From the NCBI RefSeq assembly GCF_009914755.1, contig NC_060925.1: a stretch of DNA of 64,000 bases; one strand, written 5' to 3'. The DNA comes from the human T2T-CHM13v2.0 reference genome, Homo sapiens. A program made the position numbers and the translations under genes. The notes under the pieces are model-generated. The model was not told where the DNA came from and did no database searches. It worked only from the letters and a program-made list of their open reading frames with translations. Numbering within the stretch: the stretch's first letter is position 1; each line of letters starts with the position of its first letter. Positions 12,799 through 24,800 of this stretch are shown here, in pieces.

Positions 12799-15700
12799 TC
12801 AACTCCCACTTACGAGTGAGAACATGTGGTGTTTGGTTTTCTGTTCCTGCGTTAGTTTGCTGAGAATGATGGTTTCCAGCTTCATCCATGTCCCTGCAAA
12901 GGACATGAACTCATTCTTCTTTATGGCTGCATAATATTCCATGGTGTATATGTGCCACATTTTCTTTATCCAGTCTATCATTGATGGACATTTTGTTTGT
13001 TTCTAAGTCTTTGCTATTGTAAATACTGCAGCAATAAACATACATGTGCATGTATTATACAGTAGAATGACTTATAATCATTTGGGTATATACCCAGTAA
13101 TGGGATTGCTGGGTCAAATGGTATTTCTGCTTCTAGATCCTTGAGGAATTGCCATGCTGTCTTCCACAATGGTTGAACTAATTTACACTTTCACCAAAAA
13201 TGTAAGAGTGTTTGTATTTTTTCACATTCTTTCCTACATCTGTTGTTTCCTGACTTTTTAATGATCTGCATTCTAACTGACGTGAGATGGTATCTCATTG
13301 TGGTTTTGATTTGCATTTCTCTAATGACAAGTGATGATGATCTTTTTTTCATGTTTGTTGGCTGCATAATGTTTTCTTTTGAGAAGTGTCTGTTCATATC
13401 CTTCACCCACTTTTTGATGAGGTTGTTTGTTTTTTTCTTGTAAATTTGTATAAGCTGCTTGTAGATTCTGGATATTTGACCTTTGTCAGATGGATAGATT
13501 ACAAATATTTTCTACCATTCTGTAGGTTGCCTGTTCACTCTGATGATAGTTTCTTTTGCTGTGCAGGAGCTCTTTAGTTTAATTACATATCATTTGTCAG
13601 TTTTGGCTTTTGTTGTCGTTGCTTTTGGTGTTTTAGTCATGAAGTCCTTGCTCATGCCTATGTCCTGAATCGTAATGCCTAAGTTTTCTTCTAGGGTTTT
13701 TATGGTTTTAGCTCTTACGTTTAAGTCTTTAATATATTTTGGTTTAATTTTTGTGTAAGGTGTAAGGAAGAGGTCCAGTTTCTGTTTTCTGCATGTGGCT
13801 AGCCAGTTTTTTCAACACCATTTATTAAATAGGCAATCCTTTCCCACTGCTTGTTTTTGTCAAGTTTGTCAAATATCAGTTGGTTGTAGATGTACAGTGT
13901 TATTTCTGAGGCCTCTGTTCTGTTCCATTGGTCTATATATCTGTTTTGGCACCAGTACTATGCTCTTTTGGTTACTGTAGCCTTGTAGTATAGTTTGAAT
14001 CAGGTGGTGTGATGTCTCCAGCTTTGTTCTTTTTGTTTAGGATTATCTTGGTCATACAGGCTCTTTTTCAGTTCCATATGAAATTTAAAGTAGTTTTTTC
14101 TAATTCTGTGAAGAAGATCAGTGGTAACTTGATGGGAATAGCAATGAATCTATAAATTACTTTGGGCAGTATGGCCATTTTCATGATATTGATTCTTCCT
14201 ATCCATGAGTATGGAATGTTTTTCCATTTGTTTGTGTCCTCTCTTATTTCCAAGGAATGTTTTTCTATTTGTTTATGTCCTCTCTTATTTCCTTGAGCAG
14301 TGGTTTGTAGTTCTCCTTGAAGAGGTCCTTCATATCCCTTGTAAGTTGTATTCCTAGGTATTTTATTCTCTTTGTAGCAATTATGAATGAGAGTTCACTC
14401 ATGATTTGGCTCTCTGTTTGACTATTATTGGTGTATAGGAATGCTTGTAATTTCTGCACATTTATTTTGTATCCTGACACTTGGCTGAATTTACTTAACA
14501 CCTTAAGGAATTTTTAGGCTGAGATGATGAGGTTTTCTAAATATACAAACATGTTATCTGCAAACAAAGACAATTTGATTTCCTCTCTTCCTATTTGAAT
14601 ACCCTTTACTTCCTTCTCTTGCCTCATTGCCCTGACCAGAACTTTTAACACTGTGTTGAATAGGAGTGGTGAGAGAGGGCATCCTTGTCTTGTGCTGGTT
14701 TTCAAAGGGAATACTTCCAGCTTTTGCCCATTCAGTATGATATTGGCTATGGGTTTGTCATTAATAGCTTTTATTATTTTGAGATACGTTTCATCAATAC
14801 CTAGTTTATTGAGTGTATTCGGCATGAAGGATGTTGAATTTTACCAATGGCCTATTCTGCATCTATTGAGATCATTATGTAGCTTTTGCCATCGGTTCTG
14901 CTTATGTGATGGACTACATTTATTGATTTGCATACATTGAAGCACCTTGCATTCCAGGGATGAAGCCAACTTGCTTGTGGTGGATAAGATTTTTGATGTG
15001 CTGCTGAATATGGTTTGCCAGTATTTTATTGAGGATTTTCACATCCATGTTCATTAGGGATATTGGCCTGAAATTTTCTTTTTTTGTTGTGTCCTTGCCA
15101 GGTTTTGGTATCAAGATGATGCTGGCATCATAAAATGAGTTAGGGAGGAGTCCCTCTTCTTCTATTGTTTGGAATAGTTTCAGAAGGAAAAGTACCACCT
15201 CCTCTTTGTACCTCTGGTAGAATTCAGCTATGGATCCATCTGGTCCTGGGCTGCTTTTGGTTGGTAGGCTATTAATTACTGCCTCAATTTCAGAACTTGT
15301 TTTTGGTCTATCCAGGGATTCTACTTCTTCCTGGTTTAGTCTTGAGTGGGTGTATGTATCCAGGAATTTATCCATTTCTTCTAGATTTTCTAGTTTATTT
15401 GCATAAAGGTGTTTATAGTATTCTCTCATGGTAGTTTGTATTTCTGTGGGATCAGTGGTGATATCCCCTTTATCATTTTTTATTGTGTCTATTCGATTTT
15501 TCTCTCTTTTCTTCTTTATTAGTCTGGCTAGTGGTCTATTTTGTTGATCTTTTCAAAAAAAAACAGCTACTGGATTCATTGATTTTTTGAAGGTTTTTTT
15601 GTGTCTCTATCTCCTTCAGTTCTGCTCTGATCTTAGTTATTTCTTGTATTCTGACAGCTTTTGAATTTGTTTTCTCTTGTTTCTCTAGTTCCTTTAATTG

Positions 15701-16500
15701 TGATGTTAGAGTGTTGATTTTAGAACTTTCCCGCTTTCCAGTGTGGGCATTTAGTGCTATAAATTTCTCTCTAAACACTGCTTTAGCTGTGTCCCAGAGA
15801 TTCTGGTATGTTGTGTCTTTGTTTTCATTTGTTTCAAAGAACTTATTTATTTCTGCTGTAAATTTGTTATTTACCCAGTAGTCACTAAGGAGCATGTCGT
15901 TCAGTTTCCATGTAGTTATGCGGTTTTGAGTGAGTTTCTTCATCCTGAGTTCTAATTTGATTGCACTGTGGTCTGAGAGACTGTTTGTTATGATTTCCTT
16001 TCTTTTGTATTTGCTGAGGAGTGTTTTACATCCAATTATGTGGTCGATTTTAGAATAAGTGCTATGTGGTGCTAGGAAGAATGTATATGCTGTTAATTTG
16101 GGGTGGAGTGTTCTGTAGATGTCTATTAGGTCTGCTTGGTCCAGAGCTGAGTTCAAGCCCTGAATATCCTTTTTAATTTTCTGTCTCGTTGATCTGTCTG
16201 ATATTGACAGTGGGGTGTTAAAGTTTTCCACTGTTGTTGTGTGGAAGTCTAAGTCTCTTTGTAGGTCTCCAAGAACTTGCTTTATGAATCTGGGATCTCC
16301 TGTATTGGGTGCATATGTATTTGGGATAGTTACCTCTTGTTGTTGCATTGATCTCTTTACCATTATGTAATGCCCTTCTTTGTCTTCTTTGACCTTGTTG
16401 ATTTAAAGTCTGTTTTATCAGAGACTAGAATTGCAACTCTTACTTTTTTTGCTTTCCATTTCCTTGGTAAATATTCCTCCATCCCTTTATTTTGAGCCAA
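12799..16500 (-). pseudogene. Disrupted L1 ORF2 (endonuclease/reverse transcriptase) of the L1PA7/8 element
   Basis: Frameshifted fragments include YSKIDH...SDH (EN), [10 protein letters not shown]-like [14 protein letters not shown] and LFADNM (the FADD motif is mutated). Confidence 0.9.
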
Positions 16501-16689
16501 TCTGTGTCTTTACATGTGAGGTGGGTCTCCTGTATACAGCACACCAATGGGTCCAATTTGCCAGGCTGTGTCTTTTAATTGGGGCATTTAGCCCATTTAC
16601 ATTTCAGGTTAATATTGTTATGTGTTAATTTGATCCTGTCATCATTCTGCTAACTGGTTATTTTGCACTTTAGTTGATGCAGTTTCTTC

Positions 16690-17738
16690 ATAGTGTCGTT
16701 GGTCTTTATATTTTGCTATGTTTTTGCAGTGGCTGGTACCGGTTTTTCCCTTCTGTATTTAGTGATTCCTTCAGGACCTCTTGTAAGGCATGCCTGGTGG
16801 TGACAAAATCCCTCAGCATTTGCTTGTCTGTAAAGAATTTTACTTCTCCTTCACTTATGAAGATTAGTTTGGCTGGATATGAAATTCTGGGTTGAAAATT
16901 CTTTTCTTTAAGAATGTTGAATATTGGCACCTACTCTCTTTTGGCTTGTAGAGTTTCTGCCGAGAGATCTGCTGTTGGTCTGATGGGCTTCCCCCTTTAG
17001 GTAACCTGACCTTTCTCTCTGGCTGCCGTTAACATATTTTTCCTTCATTTTAACCTTGGTGAATCTGATGATTATGTGTCTTGGGGTTGCTCCTCTTGAG
17101 GAGTATCTTAGTGGTGTTTTCTGTACTTCTTGAATTTGAATGTTGGCCTGTCTTGCTAGGCTGGGGAAGTTCTCCTGGATAATACCCTGAAATGTGTTTT
17201 CCAACCTGTTTCCATTCTCCCTGTCACTTTCAGGTATACCAATTAATCATAGGTTTGGTCTTTTCACATAGTTCCATATTTCCTGGAGGCTTTGTTCATT
17301 CCTTTTCATTCTTTTTTCTCTAATATTGTCTTCGCACCTTATTTCAGTAAGTTGATCTTCAATCTCTGATATCCTTTCTTCCACTTGATCTATTCAGCTA
17401 TTGATACTTGCATATATTTCACGAAGTTCTTGTGCTGTGTTTTTCAGCTCCATCAGGTCATTTATGTTATTCTCTAAATTTGTTATTCTAGTTATCAGTT
17501 CCTGCAACCTTTTATCAAGGTTCTTAGCTTCCTTGCAGTGAGTTAGAACATGCTCCTTGAGCTCAGTGGACTTTGTCATTACCCACCTTCTAAAGCCTAC
17601 TTCTGTCAATTCATCAAACTCTTTCTCCCTCCAGTTTTGTGCCCTTGCTGGTGAGGAGTTGTGATCCTTTGGAAGAGAAGAGGTATTGTGTTTTTTGGAA
17701 TTTTCAGCCTTTTTGTGCTGATTTTTCCTCATCTTCAT
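16690..17738 (-). pseudogene. Disrupted L1 ORF1 of the L1PA7/8 element
   Basis: Fragments MKMRKNQHKKAENSK..., QENFPSLARQANIQIQE...TPRHIIIRF and FQPRISYPAKL...LRDFVTTR. Confidence 0.9.
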
Positions 17739-18897
17739 GGGTTTATCTACCTTTGATTGTTGATGCCGAGGACCTTTGGATGGGGTTTTTGTGTGGGCAT
17801 CCTTTTTGTTAATGTTTATGTTATTGCTTTCTATTTGTTAGTTTTCCTTCTAACAGTCAGGTCCCTCTTCTACAGGTATGCTGGAGTTTGCTGGAGGTCC
17901 ACTCCAGACCCTGTTTGCCTGGGTATCACTAGTGGAGGCTGCAGAACAGCAAAGATTGCTGCCTGCTCCTTCCTCTGGAAGCTTCATCCAAGAGGGGCAC
18001 CTGCCAGATGCCAGCTGGAGCTCTCCTTTATGATGTATCTGTTGACCCCTGCTGGGAGGTGTCTCCCAGTCAGGAGGCAAGGGGATTGGGGACCCACTTG
18101 AGGAGGCAGTCCGTCCCTTAGCAGAGCTCGAGCACTGTGCTGGGACATTCATGGCTCTCTTCAGAGCCCTTGCACTTTCTGGGTGAGGCAACACCTCACC
18201 CTGCTTCTGCTCGCCCTCCATGGGTTGCACCCACTGTCTAACCAGTCTCAATAAGATGAATTGGGTACCTCAGTTGGAAATGAATAAATCGCGAACCTTC
18301 TGCATTGGTCTAGCTGGGAACTCCAGACTGGAGCTGTTTCTATACGGCCATCTTGAAAACCTATTAGAAGTTTTTAAATATCTCAGGGAACATAGCAGAA
18401 TTAATGTTGAGAATCATACAACACTTTTAAAATTTATCAGACTGTTTAAGTATCTTAATGCAGACACTTAATTTGTACAATATTGAAAAAGTTCTAGAAA
18501 AATCAACTTTTCAAAGACACTGGCACATTTGGAATATTTTGATTAAAATTTCCTGTTCATGTTACATTGAAAATTGATGTGGTCATATATTTTAGCATTC
18601 AACTTATGTGTATATATATTTGCAAATATTTGTTATTATTAACACTATTGTTAAAAATAAAAAAGTTTAGTCATAGAATATTGTAGCAAGAAATATAAAT
18701 TTGGCTATGAACAAAAATGTCATGCATGCAACTAAATTTTTATTCTTCTAACTGCAAATAATCACCCAGAAGAAAGCCAGTTTTGTTTGGATTTTTAAAA
18801 TATTTGTGGGATACTCAAAGGTGGGATTTTTTAAATCAGCAAAATGCGGGGCTTCTCCTATTTGGACCTGAAAAAGGCTTGAGGCAGCACTAAGTTA

Positions 18898-21800
18898 CTT
18901 TTATTTTTATTTTTTTATTTTTGTGGGTACATAGTGTGTGTATATACTCATGGAGTACATGAGATGTTTGATACAGACATGTAATGTAGAACAGTCACTT
19001 CATGTGGGAATGGGGCATCCATCCCCTCAAGTATTTATTCTTTGTGTTATAAACAATCCAATCACACTTTCAATTATTTTAAAATGCGCAATTAAATTAT
19101 TATTGACTACAGTCACCCTATTTTGCTATCCAATATTAGGTCTTATTCATCCTTTTAATCTTTTTTTTTCTTATACACACTAAACATCTGCATAGCACTT
19201 GCTCCATTACTAGCAGTCCCAGACTCTGGTTACCATCCTTCTACTATGGATCTCTGTGAGTTCAATTTTTTTGATTTTTAGATCCCACAAATAAGTGAAA
19301 ACACATAATGTTTGCCTTTCTATGCTGGCTTATTTCACTTAAGCTAATGACCTCAAGTTCCATCCATGTTTTTGAAAATTACAATATCTCATTCTTTTTT
19401 ATGGATAAATAGTGCTCCATTGTGTATAAGAACTACATTTTCCTTAACCATTTTTCTGTTGTTGGACAGATTAATTCAAAATCTTGGCTATTGTGAACAG
19501 TGCTGCAACAAACATGACAGTGCAGACATCTCTTCAATATACTGATTTCCTTTCTTTTGGATATATACCCAGCAGTAGGATAGCTGGATTGTATGGTAGC
19601 TCTATTTTTAGTTTTTGAGGAACCTCCAAACTATTCTGATAGTGGTTGTACTAACTTACATTCCCATCAACAGCATATGAGGGTGCCCTTTTCTCCATTT
19701 CCTCGCCTGCATTTGTTATTGCCTGACGTTTGGATATAAGCCATTTTAACGGAGGTGAGGTGATATCTCATTGGAGTTTTCATTTGCATTTCTCTGATGA
19801 ACAATGATGTTGAGCATCTTTTCATATTCATGTTGGTCATTTATATGTCTTCATTTGAGAAATGTCTATTCAAATATTTTGCCCATTTTTAAATCAGATT
19901 AGTAGATTTTTTTCTATAGGGTTGTTTAAGCTCCTTATATATTCTGGTTATTAACCCCTTGTCAGATGAATAGAAAATATTTTCTCCAATTTCGTGTGTT
20001 GTCTCCTCATTTTGTTGATTGTTTTCTTTGTTGTGCAGAAGGTTATAATTTGTTGTGATTCCATTTGTTTACTTTTGCTTTGGGTGCCTATGCTTGTGGG
20101 ATATTACTTAAGAAGTTTTGCCCAAACCAGTGTTCTGGAGAGATTCTCCAATGTTTTCTATTAGTAGTTTCATAGTTTGAGGTCTTATATTTGAGCCTTC
20201 AATGCATTTTTATTTGGCTTTCATACATGGTGAGAAATAGGTGTTTACCTTCATTCTTCTGCATATGTGTATTCAGTTTTCTCAACACTATTTATTGAAG
20301 AGACTGTCTTTTCCCAGTTTATGTTGTGGGCTCCTTTGTCAAAAAATAGTTCACCGTAGGTGTATGGATTTGTTTCTGAGTTCTCTATTCTTGCTCATTG
20401 GTCTATGTGTCTGTTTTTATACAAGTATTATTAATATATTGTTTTTGTTACTATATCTCTGTAGTATAATTAGAAGTCAGGTAACGTGATTTCTCCAGTT
20501 TTGTTCTGGGTTTTTTGTGATTCCACATAATTTTTATCATTTTATTTTTATTTTTGTGAAGAATGTCATTGGTATTTTAATAGGAATTGCATTGAATCTG
20601 TAGATTGCTGTGGGTAGTATGGACATATTGATAATATTGATTTTTCTAATTTATGAACATGAAATATTTTTCTATTTTTTGGTGTCTTCTTCATTTTTTT
20701 ATTAATGTTTTAAAGTTTTTATTATAAATATTTTTCACTTTGGTTAAGTTATTTCCCAGGTATATAATTTTTGTGGCTGTTATAATTGGATTACTGTGTA
20801 AAATTCTTTTTTCGGAGTTTTCACTATTGGCATATAAAAATGCTACTGATTTTTGTACATGGATTTTGTATCCTGCAAATTTACTGAGTTTGTCAGTTTT
20901 AATAAGTTCTTTTGTGTGTAGTCTTTAGATTTTTCCCAATGTAAGATTATTTCACCTGCAAAGAAGGGTAATTTGACTTTTTATGTCAAATTTGGAAAGA
21001 AATTTTTATTATTTCTTTGTCTCATCTCATTGCTCTAGCTAGGAGTTCCAGCACTATGTTGAATAACAGTGGTGAAAATAGGCATCCTTGTCATGTTCCA
21101 GCTCTTAGAGGAAAGGGCTTTTCCCATTGAGTGTTATACTATCTGTGGCTGTGTTCTATATGGCTTTTATTTTGTTGAAGTATCTTCCTTCTACACCCAG
21201 TTTTTTGCGGGTTTTTATCATGAAAAGATGTTGAGTTTTATCAAATGCCTTTCCAGCATCAATTAAAATCATCATATAGTTTTTATCCTTTATTCTCTTG
21301 ATATGATGTATCCTGTTGATTGATTTGCTTATGCTGAACTATCCTTGCATCCCAGGGATAAATCCTACTTGGTCATGATAAATAATCTTTTTAATGTATT
21401 GTTGAATTTGGTTTACGAGATAGTTGAGGGTTTTTGTAACAATATTCATCAGATACATTGGGCTGTCGCCTTCTGTCTTTGATGTGTCTTTGTAAGGTTT
21501 TGGTATCAAGGTAATACTGGCCTCATAGAATGAGTTTGGAGGTATTTCCTTCTCCTCTATTTTTCAGAATAGTTTAAGTAGGATTGCTATTAGTTCTTTT
21601 TTAAATGTTTGGTAGAATTCAGCTGTGAAGCCATTGTATCTCAGGCTTTTCTTCATTGAGAGACATTTTATTATGGCTTTGATCTTGTTATTTGTGAATG
21701 GTCTGTTCAGGTTTTGGATTTCTTCCTAGTTCAATTTTGGTTGGTTTTATGCATCTAGAAATGTGTCCATTTCTTTTATGATTTCCAATTTATTTGCATG

Positions 21801-24800
21801 TAGTTGCTTAGGGTAGCTTCTGATGATCCTTTGACTTTCTGTGGTATCAGTTGTAAGGTCTCCTTTGTTGCCCCTGATTTTATTTTTTGGGATCTTGCCT
21901 TTTTCATTTTGGCAAAAATTTGTCAGTTTGTTTAACTTTTCAAAGAACCAATATTTGGTTTCATTGACCTTTTGTATTATCTTCATTTCAATTAATTTAT
22001 TTATTCTTTGATCTTTATTATTTCTTTTCTTCTACTAATTTTGGGTTTGGTTTGCTCTTGCCTTTGTAGTTCTTTCAAGTGCATTGGCAGATTTTTTTAA
22101 AGTTTTTTTTTCTTTTTTGATGTAGGAATGTATAGCTATAAACTTTCCTTTTAGTACTCTTTGTGCTGTATCTCATAAGTTTTGGTATGTTCTGTTTCCA
22201 TTATCATTTGTTTTAAGTAATTTTTAAATTTCATTCTTAATTTCTTCATTGACACACTGGTTTTCCAGGAACCTATTGTTTAATTTCCATGTATTTTTAT
22301 AGTTTCCAAAATTCCCTGTTATTGATTTCTGGTTTTATTCCATTGTGGTTAGAAAAGATACTTGATATTATTTCAATTTTTTTTATGTTTTAAGACTTAT
22401 TCTGTTACCTAACATGATCTTTTCTGGGGAATGATCCACATGCTGAGCGAAAAAAAATGTGAATTTTATAGCCTTTGTAAGAAATGTTCTATAAATATAT
22501 ATTATGTCTATTTGGTCTATAATGCAGATTAAGTTTGGTGTTTCTTTGTCCATTCCCTGTCTGGAAGATCTTTCCAATGCTGAAAGTGGCATGTTGAATT
22601 CTCCAGCTATTCTTCTTTGGGGTCTTTCTCTCACTGTAGCTCTAATAATATTTGCTTTGTATATTTGGGTTCTCCATAGGTGGGCCCATATATATTTGAA
22701 ATTGATATATTCTCTTGATGAATTGACCCATTTATCATTATGTAGTAATCTTCATTGTCTCATTTGAGAGTTTTTGTCTTATAATCTATTTGTCTGATAA
22801 AAGTACAGCTACTTCTATACTCCTATTTTTTTTTTGTTCCCCTTGGCATGGAGTATCTTTTCCATCCCTTTGTTTTTCGTCTATGTGTATCTTCATAGGT
22901 GAAGTGTGTTTCTTGTAGGCACAAGTTCATGGGGTATTTGATATGGTTTGGATTTTTGTGCCACCCAAATCTCATGTCTAATTGTAATCCCCAATGTTAG
23001 GAGAGGTGCCTGGTGAGAAATTATTTGATCATGGGGGCAGATTTTCCCCTTATTGTCCTCCTGATAGCAAGTGAGTTCTCATGAGATCCGGTTGTTTAAA
23101 GGTGTGTAGCACCTGCTGCTTCACTCTCTCCCTCATGCTCTGGCAAGGTAAGATGTGTTTTCTCCTTCAACCACGATTGAAAGTTTCCTGAGGCCTCTCC
23201 AGCTATGTGTCCTGTACAGCCTGTGGAACCATGAGCCATTAAAATTCTTTTCTTTATAAATTACCTAGTCTTTGGTTGTTATTTATAGCAATGTGAGAAT
23301 GGACTAATACAATCATGTTTTTTAGGCTATTCAGTCACTGTGTGTCTTTTTATTTGAGAGTTTAGACCATTTACATTCAATGTTAATATTGATAAGAATT
23401 TATTTTTGCCATTTGTTATTTTTTTCTGTTTTTTTGTAGTCTTTTCTTCATTCTTTCTTGTTTTCCTTTTGATGAAGATGCTTTTTATTGGTGATATGAT
23501 TTGTTTTCTTGCTTTTTATCTTTTTGTGTATGTATTCATTGTATGGTTTTGGGTTTGAGGTATCATAAGGCTTGAAAATATTGCTTTATAACCCATTATT
23601 TTAAGTTGATAACAACATTTTTGGTGTAAACAAACAAGCAAAAAGAAAACTAATATAAACTTTATGCCTTAACTTTGTTCTCTGCTTTCTAACTTTTTAT
23701 TGTTTCTATTTACCTCTTATTGTACTGTCTATGTCTTGAAAAGTTGTTGTAGCTATTATTTGCTGTTGATTTACTGTTTAGTCTTTCTATTTATGAGTAA
23801 TTTACACAACACAGTAGCAGTGTTATAATATTTTGTGTTTTTCTGCATACTTACTATTACCAATAAGTTTTTTACCTTCATATTATTTCTTATTGCTCAT
23901 TAAAATTCTTTTCTTATGAATTGAAGTATTCTCTTTAGCATTTCTCTTAGGACTGTTCTGGTGATAATAAAATTTCAGCTTTTCTTTGTCTGGGAAAGTC
24001 TTTATTTCTTCTTCATCTTTGAAGAATATGTTGACTGGATATACTATTATAGGGTAAAAGTTTTGTTTTTCTTTTTCCTTCGGCACTTTAAATATTTCAT
24101 GCCACTCTCTCCTCACCTATAAGGTTTCCACTAAAAAAGTCTGCTACTAGGCATATTGGAGCTCCATGGTACGCTATTTATTTCTCTTATCTTGCTGCTT
24201 TTAGGATTCTTTCTTTGTAAATCTGATTTGTAAATCTTGACCTTTGTAAATCTGATTATTAGTGTCTTGAATTAGTCTTACTGGAGAATTCTATAACCTT
24301 CTTGTACTTGGATATTGATATCTTTGTCTAGGATTGGAAAGTTCTGATATTATCCCTTTGAATAAACTTTCTACCTCTATCTCTTTCTCTACTTCCTTTT
24401 TAAGACCAGTAACTCTTAGATTTGCCCTCTTGAGGGTATTTGCTAGATCCTGTAGGCATGATTCATTGTTTTTTATTCTTTTTTCTTTTGCCCCCACTTA
24501 CTGCGTATTTTCAAATAGCCTGTCTTCAAGCTCACTACTTCTTTCTTGTGCTTGATCAGTTCTGCTGTTAAGAGACTCAGATGCATTCTTCAGCATGTCA
24601 GCTGCATTTTTCCACTTCAGAATTTCTGCTTCTTTTAAATCATTTCTCTCTTTGTTACTTTTTTTGATAGAATTCTGAATTTCTTCTTTGTGTTAACTTG
24701 AATTCCTTTGTACTTCCTCAACATAGCTGTTTCAAATTTTCTGTTTGGAAGGTTATATACCTGTTTCTCCAGGATTGGTCCCTGATGCCTTATTTAGCTC

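Larger units (their letters stand above)
12537..18362 (-). mobile_element. L1PA7/L1PA8-like LINE-1 with both termini, internal 5'UTR deletion and 13-bp TSD
   Basis: 5' end CAAGATGGCCGTATAGAAACAGCTCC at ~18355, then ORF1 pieces (17738-16706), EN (16363-15536), RT and C-terminal pieces, 3'UTR and a (TAAA)n tail. TSD ATTAGAAGTTTTT at 12524-12536 and 18363-18375, followed by AAATA, giving a TTTT/AA endonuclease site. Confidence 0.95.

Noticed and set aside
12683-17738. Long ORFs (275, 169, 114, 103 aa) as host genes
   Set aside because: They are frameshifted fragments of L1 ORF1/ORF2, and the RT FADD motif is mutated to FADN.
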